Positions 17,430-26,820 of a stretch of DNA of 64,000 nucleotides are shown piece by piece. The notes beneath the pieces are model-generated. The model saw nothing but the letters and a program-made list of their open reading frames with translations, was not told the origin of the DNA and did no database searches. Source of the stretch: Parcubacteria group bacterium (GTDB taxonomy: Bacteria > Patescibacteriota > Minisyncoccia > Phycocordibacterales > UBA2135); contig JACPBB010000002.1 of NCBI GenBank assembly GCA_016180525.1, positions 345,980 through 409,979 on the forward strand. Direction: 5' to 3'. A program made the position numbers and the translations under genes. Within the stretch, counting starts at the first letter, position 1. The number at the start of each line of letters is the position of its first letter.

Positions 17430-17681
17430 ATGTTCGGTACATCTCAGGAAGCCAAGAAGGAAGGCTGGTTCTCGCGTCGTCACCGTACGAGCGAGGCGCA
17501 CGACAACGTGCGAAATATGCGCGAGAACAAACGGATTGCTAAACTCAAAGACGCGCGCAAACGTAACGAGGCGGCGGCTAACCGTTCGCCCTGTGAGCAG
17601 ATTCGTCGGCTCGACGAGCGACTCGGTTCCGGAATCGGCGCCAAGAAGGAGCGCGCCCGTCTAGGGGCCCTTGTCGGCTAA
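17430..17681 (+). CDS. small basic protein encoded in a G+C-rich island (hypothetical, compositionally foreign)
   Basis: 83 aa from ATG with gaagggag RBS; codons heavily G/C-ending unlike neighbours; own terminator at 17713..17745. Confidence 0.4.
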   Translation: MFGTSQEAKKEGWFSRRHRTSEAHDNVRNMRENKRIAKLKDARKRNEAAANRSPCEQIRRLDERLGSGIGAKKERARLGALVG

Positions 17682-17712
17682 ATACCCAAAGGACTGAGCA
17701 GGCCAACTGCTT

Positions 17713-17745
17713 CCCGCTATCTCTTCGGACCTAGCGGGTTTTTAC
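17713..17745 (+). terminator. rho-independent terminator
   Basis: cccgcta-tctcttcggacc-tagcggg plus tttttacttttt. Confidence 0.55.
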
Positions 17746-18323
17746 TTTTTCTCCACGCGCTCGGTGTATTCGCCAGACTCTGTGTTTACGCGTACAATAT
17801 CTCCTTCCTCAATGAATAAAGGTACTTGTATTTCCATTTTATTTTCAAGCGTTACTTGTTTCGTGCCGCCTTGCACGGTGTTTCCGCGCACAGCGGGCGG
17901 CGCAGAGACGACTTTTAAGTCAACCTTAACTGGAATTTTAAATGTGATGAGTTTGTCGCTAAAAAAGAGTGCCTCCACATTTGTGTTTGCTCTTAAAAAT
18001 TTTCCTTGCGGCCCCACGACTTCTTCTGAATACGAAAAACGATTTTTTGGGTTTCCGGGTTCGCAAAACCAATATATCCCCCGATTTTCATAAAGATATG
18101 TAAATGTCTGCACAGGCAAATCTGCTTCCACTGCCGTTTCCGACTGATGGAACGAACGCTCGGTTACTTTTCCGGTCATAAGGTTTTTCAGCTTTGTCTG
18201 ATTAACCGGCTTTCGCTGTTGTTTTCTAAATACATGCGAATCAAGCACCTCATAGGGTTCACCATCAAGTACAATGATTTTTTTGTTTGTGATTTCGTTG
18301 TAATTTAACATACGTTGATGCAC
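17742..18323 (-). CDS. efp: translation elongation factor P
   Basis: 193 aa, three-domain EF-P pattern (KPGKG-like N-domain region, OB folds). Confidence 0.8.
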   Translation of the reverse strand: MHQRMLNYNEITNKKIIVLDGEPYEVLDSHVFRKQQRKPVNQTKLKNLMTGKVTERSFHQSETAVEADLPVQTFTYLYENRGIYWFCEPGNPKNRFSYSEEVVGPQGKFLRANTNVEALFFSDKLITFKIPVKVDLKVVSAPPAVRGNTVQGGTKQVTLENKMEIQVPLFIEEGDIVRVNTESGEYTERVEKK

Positions 18324-18507
18324 TTTAGGAGAACTAGGTTAGAGCCTCTCTCCAAGCTCTCAAGGAGCCGTTTATGCTTAATATTGTAGCATCGTGGAGT
18401 TGATTTTACCCGTGTAGATGACTTCAAGACACGGTTTTGGAAGCACTTTGCCCGATACCTCGGTAAAACTCCCATCCAATGTTAGAATCTCTGCTAAACA
18501 GCCCGTT

Positions 18508-18786
18508 TTAGTTAGCGTCTGTACATCTAAAATCCCTATTGGGAGATTCTTCTTTGGCAACTTCAACAAGATGTTCGCATACCTCAATATTATCGGCATA
18601 GCCAAATATGAACATCATCTTTTCCCAACCAATGGTCGACTCCATCATAAACCATTGTGCTGGCAGACCCAATGAGGTTTTTGGATAATTTTCCGCAGCT
18701 TCAAAAATATCCACATTCTTGTAGTAATATCCTGCGAAAAAACTGACCAAAATAGCAATGATTAAAATTAGTATGTTCTTTCTCAT
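18508..18786 (-). CDS. hypothetical membrane-anchored protein (possibly frameshifted with the 18378..18605 ORF)
   Basis: 92-aa ORF with N-terminal TM; overlapping same-strand ORF in another frame suggests a pseudogene or sequencing frameshift. Confidence 0.3.
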   Translation of the reverse strand: MRKNILILIIAILVSFFAGYYYKNVDIFEAAENYPKTSLGLPAQWFMMESTIGWEKMMFIFGYADNIEVCEHLVEVAKEESPNRDFRCTDAN

Positions 18787-18791
18787 AAATA

Positions 18792-19313
18792 TTATTGTAC
18801 CATTTCCATAATTTTTTTCGTTATTTTAAGCAGAGTTTCAATATCGTTCTTCATTTTTTTCGATTCTTCTTGATCAACATTACGCAAAGCATCCTTTCCA
18901 AAATCATATCGTACATCAGTAAAATCTTGCAGTATTATTTGTCTGCCGTCTATTAAATTAACGACATATTTCACAAAACCTGATTCTTTAATCTTTTCAA
19001 TGCTCATTATATCAATTTTCTTCAATGCTTCACTAGATAGCTTCTTTGAGAGCAATTTCAGATCATGTGATTTGATGTCTTCCAAAAGTTCTTCTCTCGA
19101 ATTCAACGAGCTGGCCAGTAAAATACGGGACTTCAACATCAACTCAAAATTATAAGAAAACAAAACATACAATGAACGAGAATAGGCAGCGTCCGTTCCA
19201 CCCCTATGAAAATGCTCAAGACACGCATCAATAAATAAAAACCCCGAATTCGCTCTAAAGACTGCACGCTCTGCAAGAATACTCTTTTTGTCTTTTGTTT
19301 TATCTCCTATCAT
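18792..19313 (-). CDS. hypothetical protein
   Basis: 173-aa ORF, charged, no confident motif; adjacent to tRNA-Arg and a repeat element. Confidence 0.45.
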   Translation of the reverse strand: MIGDKTKDKKSILAERAVFRANSGFLFIDACLEHFHRGGTDAAYSRSLYVLFSYNFELMLKSRILLASSLNSREELLEDIKSHDLKLLSKKLSSEALKKIDIMSIEKIKESGFVKYVVNLIDGRQIILQDFTDVRYDFGKDALRNVDQEESKKMKNDIETLLKITKKIMEMVQ

Positions 19314-19423
19314 CTAGTTTACGTTAAAAAGCAACTCTCTTTCCCTGTATGCAAAATAGCGCATGTTAGAACCTCAAAAAGTTTTGGGAAGAGAACGGTC
19401 TAAGCGCTCAAGCTGCAATTCTA

Positions 19424-19495
19424 TGCTCCCACGAGGAATCGAACCTCGATCATGGGATCCGGAATCCCACATTTTATCCATTAAACTATGGGAGC
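19424..19495 (-). tRNA. tRNA-Arg (anticodon CCG)
   Basis: manual fold: acceptor gctccca/tgggagc, anticodon stem tggga/tccca with loop ttCCGga, T-arm cgagg-ttcgatt-cctcg. Confidence 0.8.
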
Positions 19496-19521
19496 GTGTT
19501 TGGGGTCCATTTGAATTGAAT

Positions 19522-19579
19522 CCCGACGCTCCGCTTGTGAGCGGGGGTCGGGACCCCGACCGGCTTTGCGCGTCGGGGC
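19522..19579. repeat. G+C-rich nested palindromic repeat element (REP-like family copy, inverted relative to the 16845 copy)
   Basis: its reverse complement gccccgacgcgcaaagccggtcggggtcccgacc...gcgtcggga aligns with 16845..16889. Confidence 0.65.
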
Positions 19580-19695
19580 TACGGGGGCGGCTACGTACAT
19601 AAGAATATATATGAAATAGGCACAAATGTAAAACCCAGCTCCGCCTATTGGTGGGGCTGGGTAAATGAGTCACTAAATTGTTATAATGAAGTGAC

Positions 19696-20691
19696 ATGAA
19701 ACCCGATATACATTCCGTATACCCCAAAGAATCTGCAGGAGATGTAATGGTGGAAAGAAGCCGCGTTCCAACCGTGCCGCTCGGTACAACATTAAGTGAA
19801 GTGCGGGAGTTGCTTTCAAAGAATGGCCGGGTATATGAATCAGTTGGCTATATTTATGTCACAGACCACGGCATGCATCTTCGTGGTGTTTTTTCAATAC
19901 GAGAGTTTTTTATTCATCAAAACGACAAAGAACGAGTGGACGACATAATGCAAAAAAGCATTGTTACTGTTCGCCTACATACGCATCAAGAACGCGCGGC
20001 CCTTCTCGCGCTCCAACATAACCTTAAGTCTCTTCCGGTTGTTGATAAAGACGATGTGTTTTTAGGAGCTATCCTTGCCGATGCTCTTTTAAAGATTTTA
20101 GACAAAGAGGCGATAGAAGACGTGCTTCGTCTTCGTGGTATGTATTTTAATGGCCCGTATGATGATTTGCTCCAGATGTCCATTTTTGAATCCGTAAAAC
20201 ATCGCTTTCCCTGGCTTTTGTTTGGACTTTTGGGGGGTCTTGTGGCAGCCGCTATCGTAGGCATGTTTCAGGAGACACTTTCACAGAATCTTATACTTGC
20301 TTCGTTTATTCCTCTTATCGCGTACATGGCCGGAGCTGTGGGAACACAAATGGAAATATTTATTATTCGCGATTTTGCCCTGCACCCTACCTTTAGTTTT
20401 TTAAAATATTTTTTTAAACAACTCTCTGTTGTCGGGCTTATCGGTGTTGCAGTAAGTGCGACGGCGGGGATTATTACTTTCTTCCTGCACGGAAACGCCC
20501 GCATAAGTCTTGTACTCGGAACATCTCTTTTGTTCGCGATGCTTTTTTCAGTTTTAACGGGACTTATTATTCCATATGTATTCAGAAAACTTGATTTGGA
20601 TCCGGCAAACGGAAGCGGCCCCACGGCAACTATTATTCAAGATATATTAAGTGTTTTTGTATATCTTCTCGTTGCGTCCTTCATACTATAA
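19696..20691 (+). CDS. mgtE: magnesium transporter MgtE (CBS pair plus MgtE TM domain)
   Basis: 331 aa; CBS-domain region followed by 5 TM helices and MgtE-like pore motifs. Confidence 0.75.
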   Translation: MKPDIHSVYPKESAGDVMVERSRVPTVPLGTTLSEVRELLSKNGRVYESVGYIYVTDHGMHLRGVFSIREFFIHQNDKERVDDIMQKSIVTVRLHTHQERAALLALQHNLKSLPVVDKDDVFLGAILADALLKILDKEAIEDVLRLRGMYFNGPYDDLLQMSIFESVKHRFPWLLFGLLGGLVAAAIVGMFQETLSQNLILASFIPLIAYMAGAVGTQMEIFIIRDFALHPTFSFLKYFFKQLSVVGLIGVAVSATAGIITFFLHGNARISLVLGTSLLFAMLFSVLTGLIIPYVFRKLDLDPANGSGPTATIIQDILSVFVYLLVASFIL

Positions 20692-20708
20692 GCTCTGTTA
20701 CAATAGAT

Positions 20709-21515
20709 ATGCATATAGATACGGTATTGCAAAAAGATTTGCGAGGAAAAACAATGATTGTTTTTGATTTGGATGGAACGCTTACTGAGAGTAAATCAAA
20801 CATTGAGCCGGATATGTCTTCCGCACTCGGACTATTGCTTGCAAAAAAACAAGTTTCCGTGATAGGGGGCGGTTCTTATGCCCAATTTGAACAACAGCTA
20901 CTCGCGCACCTTTCATGCGCGGTAGATTTGCTAAAAAATCTTTTTCTTTTTCCAACATCGGGCTCTCGTTTGTATGTATATGAAAATGGGTGGCGAGAAA
21001 CCTACGCCCACACGCTCTCTCTTGAAGAAAAACAGAATATTTTTGACGCGTTTGAGCGTGTTTTTAAAGAAATGTCATATGAGCATCCGCACAAGGTTTA
21101 TGGAGACATTTTTGAAGACAGAGGAACGCAAATCGCTTTTTCTCCCCTAGGCCAAAATGTTATTCTTGAGATTGGGTCTGAGAGGGGCGTTGCTTTAAAA
21201 CAAGAATGGAATAAACGACACGACTCAACGCGGCAAGCAATTGTTCGCTCTCTGCAACAAACACTTCCGGAGTTTGAAGTAAGGGCGGGGGGGCTTACTA
21301 CGATTGACGTGACCAGAAAAGGAATTGATAAAGCATATGGAATCAGGCAAATTGAAACACTTTTAAAAATTCCTAAATCAAAAATGCTTTTTGCCGGAGA
21401 CGCGCTCTATGAAGGCGGTAACGATTACCCTGTTTTCAAAGAAGGAGTGGATGCGGTTTCTGTAAAAAGACCCTCTGATACTAAACAATTAATAGAAGCG
21501 CTTTTGGCATACTGA
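20709..21515 (+). CDS. HAD-IIB hydrolase, phosphomannomutase-like (eukaryotic/archaeal PMM type)
   Basis: HAD motif I IVFDLDGTLT; PMM-like cap; likely start at MIVFDLDG (20754). Confidence 0.6.
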   Translation: MHIDTVLQKDLRGKTMIVFDLDGTLTESKSNIEPDMSSALGLLLAKKQVSVIGGGSYAQFEQQLLAHLSCAVDLLKNLFLFPTSGSRLYVYENGWRETYAHTLSLEEKQNIFDAFERVFKEMSYEHPHKVYGDIFEDRGTQIAFSPLGQNVILEIGSERGVALKQEWNKRHDSTRQAIVRSLQQTLPEFEVRAGGLTTIDVTRKGIDKAYGIRQIETLLKIPKSKMLFAGDALYEGGNDYPVFKEGVDAVSVKRPSDTKQLIEALLAY

Positions 21516-21523
21516 TAAACAAC

Positions 21524-22477
21524 ATGAGGCAAGCAATACTCAATTTTCCTAAACAACTATTGTGGGAGCCGCAGCTTGTTGGCGAAGTTCATACCAGGCC
21601 GATCAGACGATACATCGTTATTGGAATGGGTGGTTCGCACCTTGGGGCGGATTTAATGCGGATTACTCATCCACGTATTCCTCTTATCGTGCATAAAAAT
21701 TATAGTCTTCCACTGCTTTCTCGCGAAGAACTTAAAGAAAGTTTAATTATTTTAAGTTCATATTCTGGAAACACCGAAGAGGTTTTACACGTATTTGAGC
21801 AGGTTCGTGAAAATGATTTAAAATGCGTTGCTATTACAGTAGGCGGGAAACTTCTCGCGCTTGCCAAAGAACACCATATACCGTATGTGCAGCTGCCTGA
21901 TACGGGTATTCAGCCGAGAATGGCAACCGGATTTTCAAAAAAAGCACTGCTTAAAATTATGGGTGATGAAAACTCCCTTCAAGAACTCTCATCTCTCGGT
22001 GCAATATTACAAGCGGGGGATTTTGAAGAAAGAGGAAGAGAAATAGCGGAGGAGGTGAAAGGATTAGTGCCGGTTGTGTACGCGTCAGAGGCAAATTATC
22101 CAATCGCGCATAATTGGAAAATTAAATTTAATGAGACGGGAAAAATTCCTGCTTTTTCTAATATGGTGCCAGAATTAAATCACAATGAAATGACGAGCTT
22201 CTCTAATCCGCATTTTGCAAAACAATTTTGTTTTATTATCTTGAAAGACAACACGGATCATCCGCGAATTATAAAACGAATGGAGATTTTAAAGACACTG
22301 CTTGCGGAAAGGGGAGCGTCTATCTATGATGTTGAAATTTCACACGGCAATGTGTGGCATAAAATTTTCTCTACCCTTCTTCTTGCCGACTGGAGTGCCT
22401 ATCATGTCGCGCAAAATTTAGGACATGATCCCACGGAGGTGCCAATGGTTGAAGAATTTAAAAAATTGATGTACTAA
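21524..22477 (+). CDS. bifunctional phosphoglucose/phosphomannose isomerase (SIS-domain, archaeal-type PGI/PMI)
   Basis: 317 aa; SIS motif IGMGGSxLGADL and a C-terminal PGI/PMI-like region. Confidence 0.65.
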   Translation: MRQAILNFPKQLLWEPQLVGEVHTRPIRRYIVIGMGGSHLGADLMRITHPRIPLIVHKNYSLPLLSREELKESLIILSSYSGNTEEVLHVFEQVRENDLKCVAITVGGKLLALAKEHHIPYVQLPDTGIQPRMATGFSKKALLKIMGDENSLQELSSLGAILQAGDFEERGREIAEEVKGLVPVVYASEANYPIAHNWKIKFNETGKIPAFSNMVPELNHNEMTSFSNPHFAKQFCFIILKDNTDHPRIIKRMEILKTLLAERGASIYDVEISHGNVWHKIFSTLLLADWSAYHVAQNLGHDPTEVPMVEEFKKLMY

Positions 22478-22507
22478 CAAAATCCGCCTCATCGGCGGAT
22501 TTTGTTT
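22476..22507. terminator. bidirectional terminator between PGI/PMI (+) and hsp20 (-)
   Basis: aaatccgcc-tcat-cggcggattt hairpin with A-run before and T-run after. Confidence 0.6.
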
Positions 22508-22516
22508 AACTTCGTT

Positions 22517-22990
22517 TTAATGAGATTTTATTTTCACTTTTGTTTGGCGAGCTTTGTCAATTTTAGGAAGCTTGAGTGTCAGAAGCCCATTTTTCTCTGA
22601 TGCGTCCGCTGCGTCAACATCAACTTCATGGGGCAGAAGAATAGTCCGTGAAAATGAACCCCAATATAATTCTTTATAAAAGAAATCTTCATCATTTACG
22701 TTTCTCTGAGATTCCCGCTTTCCTTTTATGGTTACCATGTCTCTTCCGATTGAAACATTCAAATCTTCCGGCCTTACTCCCGCAACCATTGTTTGAATAA
22801 CAATTTCATCGGGACCTTGATACATATCAATGGTAAGCTGACCCTCACTTGCTTCTTCCTCAATCCAACCAGAAGAATCTGGAGTATTACCCCCCTTGTC
22901 TTTTACCTCTAATTCCCGTACATCCTCACCGGCTTCTTGATTTACGATGCTCGTAATTTTGTCAAAAAAAGATTTTTTTTGTCCAAACAT
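22517..22990 (-). CDS. Hsp20/alpha-crystallin family small heat-shock protein
   Basis: 157 aa; alpha-crystallin domain with a C-terminal IxI-like motif (LKLPKI). Confidence 0.8.
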   Translation of the reverse strand: MFGQKKSFFDKITSIVNQEAGEDVRELEVKDKGGNTPDSSGWIEEEASEGQLTIDMYQGPDEIVIQTMVAGVRPEDLNVSIGRDMVTIKGKRESQRNVNDEDFFYKELYWGSFSRTILLPHEVDVDAADASEKNGLLTLKLPKIDKARQTKVKIKSH

Positions 22991-23005
22991 AAATTAAGTA
23001 TTGAA

Positions 23006-23725
23006 TTATTTACCGGGCGTAAGTCGCTTGACTCGTTCAAATGAGAGGAGTAGCGCAACTACAAATATCCATAATACGCCAAAAATAAGAAATATATTCT
23101 GACCTTTATATATAATTATAGAGAAATTAAAAAGCGCGTGCAACGCAATAGCTACAGTTATCCCCACAGCAAAATATACTCGTTTTGTTGCGTTATTTTT
23201 GTAAAACGAAAGCCCCTTCCCTAAACCAATAGTTGCACTTGCGACCACATGCAGAAGGGTTGCTCCGATAAAACGCAAATTTCCCGTCAAAAATCCAGAA
23301 ACGGTATCTCCGCCCAAGAGGGGGTTTATGAGAAACATGGTATTTTCCAGAGCCGAAAATCCAAGCGCCACGGTAATCATATAAATAAGAGGGTCCAGGG
23401 GTTCATCCACGCACATGCTTTTATCAAGGCAGACGCTGCGAAACGCAACAATATAAGCACCACCATATTTCAATAACTCTTCAATGGCAGCCCACACGAT
23501 AACTATCGTCAGGCCAGTGCCCAGGAAAGAAAAAGCGAATTTTTCGAGGAAAAACGCAACAGGTACGGCAATCATTCCGGCAATGAATGCGGCAATAATA
23601 AGCCGTTTTGGTTCAGGGTGAGCGGAATCTTCCTTAAGCCAAAACCAGAGCCAGATAAGTGCCGGTAAAATGCCACCGAGAAGAGCGAGTAGTAGTGTAT
23701 AGATATCAAAAGAGAAGAGAGACAT
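23006..23725 (-). CDS. PrsW-family intramembrane protease-like membrane protein
   Basis: 239 aa, polytopic; EExxK (AIEELLK), FxxxE (FSALE) and paired His motifs of the PrsW family. Confidence 0.5.
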   Translation of the reverse strand: MSLFSFDIYTLLLALLGGILPALIWLWFWLKEDSAHPEPKRLIIAAFIAGMIAVPVAFFLEKFAFSFLGTGLTIVIVWAAIEELLKYGGAYIVAFRSVCLDKSMCVDEPLDPLIYMITVALGFSALENTMFLINPLLGGDTVSGFLTGNLRFIGATLLHVVASATIGLGKGLSFYKNNATKRVYFAVGITVAIALHALFNFSIIIYKGQNIFLIFGVLWIFVVALLLSFERVKRLTPGK

Positions 23726-23840
23726 ATTGAGATTTCAGATATAAGATTTATGATTTAAGATTTACGAACATTTTCAGATTTCAAATTGTGAATTTATTTT
23801 TTAAAATACAAATCTAAAATCTGAAATCGTAAATCTGAAA

Positions 23841-26048
23841 TTATATTGGCCATTTTTCTACTATTAATAATGTTTTTTTCTTATGCGGCATAAGCGACCA
23901 GATTTCTTCCGTTACGAACGGCATGAAAGGATGCAGAAGCTTCAATACAGTGGTAAGGATAGAAAGCAGCATACATCGCGTTGAATCTTTTTTTTCTTGT
24001 GGCGATTCTTCTTTTAAATGCGGTTTACTTTCTTCAATAATAATATCCGCAAACGTATGCCATGTGTAATGATATAGTTTTTCTATTGCGAGATATAATC
24101 TGTATCGTTCAATATCTTCGGTTATTTCGTACACAATTCGCTTGCACTCTTTTATTTTTTCTTCGTCTTCTTCCATAAGCTGAGGTTTATTTTCCATATT
24201 CAAATCTTCTGTATTTTCCAGAACAAAACGGGTAACATTCCAAAGCTTGTTCGCAAAATGTTTTTGTCCGCGTACTTTATCTTCGGAGAGCTTCAAATCT
24301 TGTCCTGGAGTGTTTCCCATAATGAGAGAAAGGCGGGTCGCGTCGGCGCCATATTTTTCTATCATATCAAGCGGATTAATAATATTACCGAGTGACTTTG
24401 ACATTTTTCTCCCTTGCCCGTCGCGTACAAGACCATGTAGATACACTGTTTTAAAAGGAATGTCTCCAAGGTTATATGTACTCATTAAAATCATCCGTGC
24501 AATCCAGAAAAATAAAATATCGTATCCTGTTTCAAGAACACTTGTCGGATGATACGTTTTTAAATCAGGATTTTCTTTGGGCCAGCCGAGTGTTGAAAAT
24601 GTCCATAGACCCGAAGAAAACCACGTGTCTAGGGTGTCGGGATCCTGGTTCCAGCCGGGTTCTTTTGGCGCATCAACATCAACGTGTATTTTCCCATCTT
24701 TATACCACACAGGTATTTTGTGGCCGTACCAAATTTGTCGGGAAATACACCAGTCGCGGAGATTGTTTATCCAGTGAAAATATGTTTTTTCAAAATTATC
24801 GGGAATAATATTTATTTGTTTTGTTGTAACTACGTGGAGCATCAGTTCTTTAAGCGTTACCTCTTGTCCTGATTTTATTCCTTTCAGTTTTGAATTGCGC
24901 AGTTTGAATTTTTTATTTACGCCGATAAACCACTGCTTTCGTATCTGCGGCTCAATCACTCCTCCGCCGCGATAATTTGTTGCGATGCGATTTACATAAT
25001 TTTCATCCACCTTCTCAAGCAACCCTTTTTGTTTTAGTTTTTCAACAATTTTCTCGCGCGCCTTTTTTATGTGCTCGCCCGCAAATTTTCCCGCGATAGG
25101 GAGCAGTATTCCGCGTTCGTTTATAATCTGCTCTTTATCTAAGTTATGTCGCTCAGCAATTTCAAAGTCTGTCGCGTCGTGCCACGGAGTGATGGTCATG
25201 ACTCCTGTTCCGAATTCCATGTTGACCGCTTCGTCTTTAACAACCGTTGCCGTAATGGGGCCGTTTATCCACTCAAGTTTTATTTTGTCTCCGTGTTTGT
25301 ATTGTTTATAACGGCTATCTTTTGGATGCATGACGACATATTTATCTCCAAATTTTGTTTCAGGCCGTGCAGTACCTATGGTAAAGGGCCCGTATTTTAA
25401 ATAGTAAAAATTTGTTTTTTGTTCTACCCACTCAATTTCGTCGTCGGAGACATTTGACTGCATTTTGGGGTCCCAGTTTACGATTCGCTCGCCTTGGTAG
25501 ATGAGCCCGTCGTCATACATATTTTTAAACGCGGTACGAACGGCGAGCGCGCGTTTTTCATCAAGCGTGAATGCTTCTCTGGTCCAATCAAGTGACGAGC
25601 CCATTTTTTTAAGCTGGTGCACGATGGTGTCGTGGGATTCCTGCGCGAACGCTTCAACTCGTTTGAGAAAAGCGTCTCTGCCCAAGTCATGGCGTGTTTT
25701 TTTCTCTTTTTTGTATAAAATTTCTTCAACTTTTGATTCAGTCGCGATTGCGGCGTGGTCGGTGCCGGGGATCCAGAGCGTTTTTTTGCCCTTCATGCGA
25801 TTGTATCGTATTAAAATATCCTCTATCGCAAGCATCGCGGCGTGTCCCATGTGAAGGGTTCCCGTTACATTCGGCGGGGGAAGGACGATTGAATAGGGTT
25901 CTGCGTTTTTATCAGTAACGCCTTTTTCCACACATGCATCGGGGTTAAAAAAACCGCTCTCTTCCCAGAGCTTGTATATTTTATCCTCCGCTTCTTTCGG
26001 ATTATATGGTTTCAGTAACTTCTCATCCATAATAGAAAATAATATCAC
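23841..26048 (-). CDS. valS: valine--tRNA ligase (short form lacking C-terminal coiled-coil)
   Basis: 735 aa; PPPNVTGTLHMGHA...WIPGTDHAAIATE ValRS signature and KMSKS motif. Confidence 0.8.
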   Translation of the reverse strand: MILFSIMDEKLLKPYNPKEAEDKIYKLWEESGFFNPDACVEKGVTDKNAEPYSIVLPPPNVTGTLHMGHAAMLAIEDILIRYNRMKGKKTLWIPGTDHAAIATESKVEEILYKKEKKTRHDLGRDAFLKRVEAFAQESHDTIVHQLKKMGSSLDWTREAFTLDEKRALAVRTAFKNMYDDGLIYQGERIVNWDPKMQSNVSDDEIEWVEQKTNFYYLKYGPFTIGTARPETKFGDKYVVMHPKDSRYKQYKHGDKIKLEWINGPITATVVKDEAVNMEFGTGVMTITPWHDATDFEIAERHNLDKEQIINERGILLPIAGKFAGEHIKKAREKIVEKLKQKGLLEKVDENYVNRIATNYRGGGVIEPQIRKQWFIGVNKKFKLRNSKLKGIKSGQEVTLKELMLHVVTTKQINIIPDNFEKTYFHWINNLRDWCISRQIWYGHKIPVWYKDGKIHVDVDAPKEPGWNQDPDTLDTWFSSGLWTFSTLGWPKENPDLKTYHPTSVLETGYDILFFWIARMILMSTYNLGDIPFKTVYLHGLVRDGQGRKMSKSLGNIINPLDMIEKYGADATRLSLIMGNTPGQDLKLSEDKVRGQKHFANKLWNVTRFVLENTEDLNMENKPQLMEEDEEKIKECKRIVYEITEDIERYRLYLAIEKLYHYTWHTFADIIIEESKPHLKEESPQEKKDSTRCMLLSILTTVLKLLHPFMPFVTEEIWSLMPHKKKTLLIVEKWPI

Positions 26049-26091
26049 ACTATAACCTTATTTTTATTACTTTAAATTCGGACGAAAAAAC

Positions 26092-26120
26092 TTGACATTT
26101 TATATAAAATATGCTAAAAT
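26092..26120 (+). promoter_or_regulatory. sigma70-like promoter for the G+C-rich ORF
   Basis: TTGACA, 17-bp spacer, TAAAAT; ggaggg RBS upstream of the 26175 start. Confidence 0.5.
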
Positions 26121-26174
26121 TTAAATGAATAAGTCTGAACTTTTCGTTAACATTTGGAATGGAGGGTTTAAGAA

Positions 26175-26597
26175 ATGACTACCACAATACGCAAGTTGCT
26201 GATTGCCGCGGGCACTCTAATACTGGTCGTTGTAGCCGGCTTCAGTTTGCCTCTCGTCACAGCATGGCATTTCGGCGAACCCGTGAATGCGCCGGCGCTC
26301 AAGGCGCCGCAGGTGGACAACTGCCCGATGTACTTCTGCCGCAAGCTGTACACGGTTACCCAGGCGACAAAGAAGCTGGAGGGGACCGGCTTTGGCTGGA
26401 CTATCATCGAAGAGCCCGGTAGCGGCCATCTCTTTACGGTACTCGTGACTCCGTACCAAAATTATAATATTGGTGCGGTGGTGCAGGTACGAGAAGTTAT
26501 CTATCGCCAGAACAACATGTCACTCGCAAGGTTTCTAGTGGCGTACGATCCGGAAGACTTCTCTTTTCGGCCGTATGCCCCCCAAGGCCAACCATAA
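26175..26597 (+). CDS. secreted or membrane-anchored hypothetical protein encoded in a G+C-rich island
   Basis: 140 aa with N-terminal hydrophobic helix; G+C-rich coding sequence in an AT-rich genome; consensus promoter, RBS and own terminator. Confidence 0.55.
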   Translation: MTTTIRKLLIAAGTLILVVVAGFSLPLVTAWHFGEPVNAPALKAPQVDNCPMYFCRKLYTVTQATKKLEGTGFGWTIIEEPGSGHLFTVLVTPYQNYNIGAVVQVREVIYRQNNMSLARFLVAYDPEDFSFRPYAPQGQP

Positions 26598-26619
26598 CGA
26601 ACACGCGCACCGTTTCACT

Positions 26620-26657
26620 GCGGGGCCCTGCGATTAACATCAACGGGCCCTTTTTTC
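26620..26657 (+). terminator. rho-independent terminator of the G+C-rich ORF
   Basis: gggccc-N17-gggccc hairpin plus tttttt. Confidence 0.55.
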
Positions 26658-26820
26658 TTTATACCTGATATTTTATTTTCAAATTCTAAGGATCAATTTG
26701 CGCGAATTGGTCTTTTACACCACATCGGACTTTGAACAACTTTCTAAAAATTTGATAAAGGTTTTTTCATACTATATAGTAATGTACAGACTTCTGCACC
26801 TTAAAAAGGAAGGAAAAGAT

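Noticed and set aside
19363-19727. ORF-track CDSs 19363..19602 (+) and 19374..19727 (-)
   Set aside because: They run through tRNA-Arg(CCG) and the G+C-rich palindromic repeat, and their G+C-rich open frames are a by-product of the repeat.
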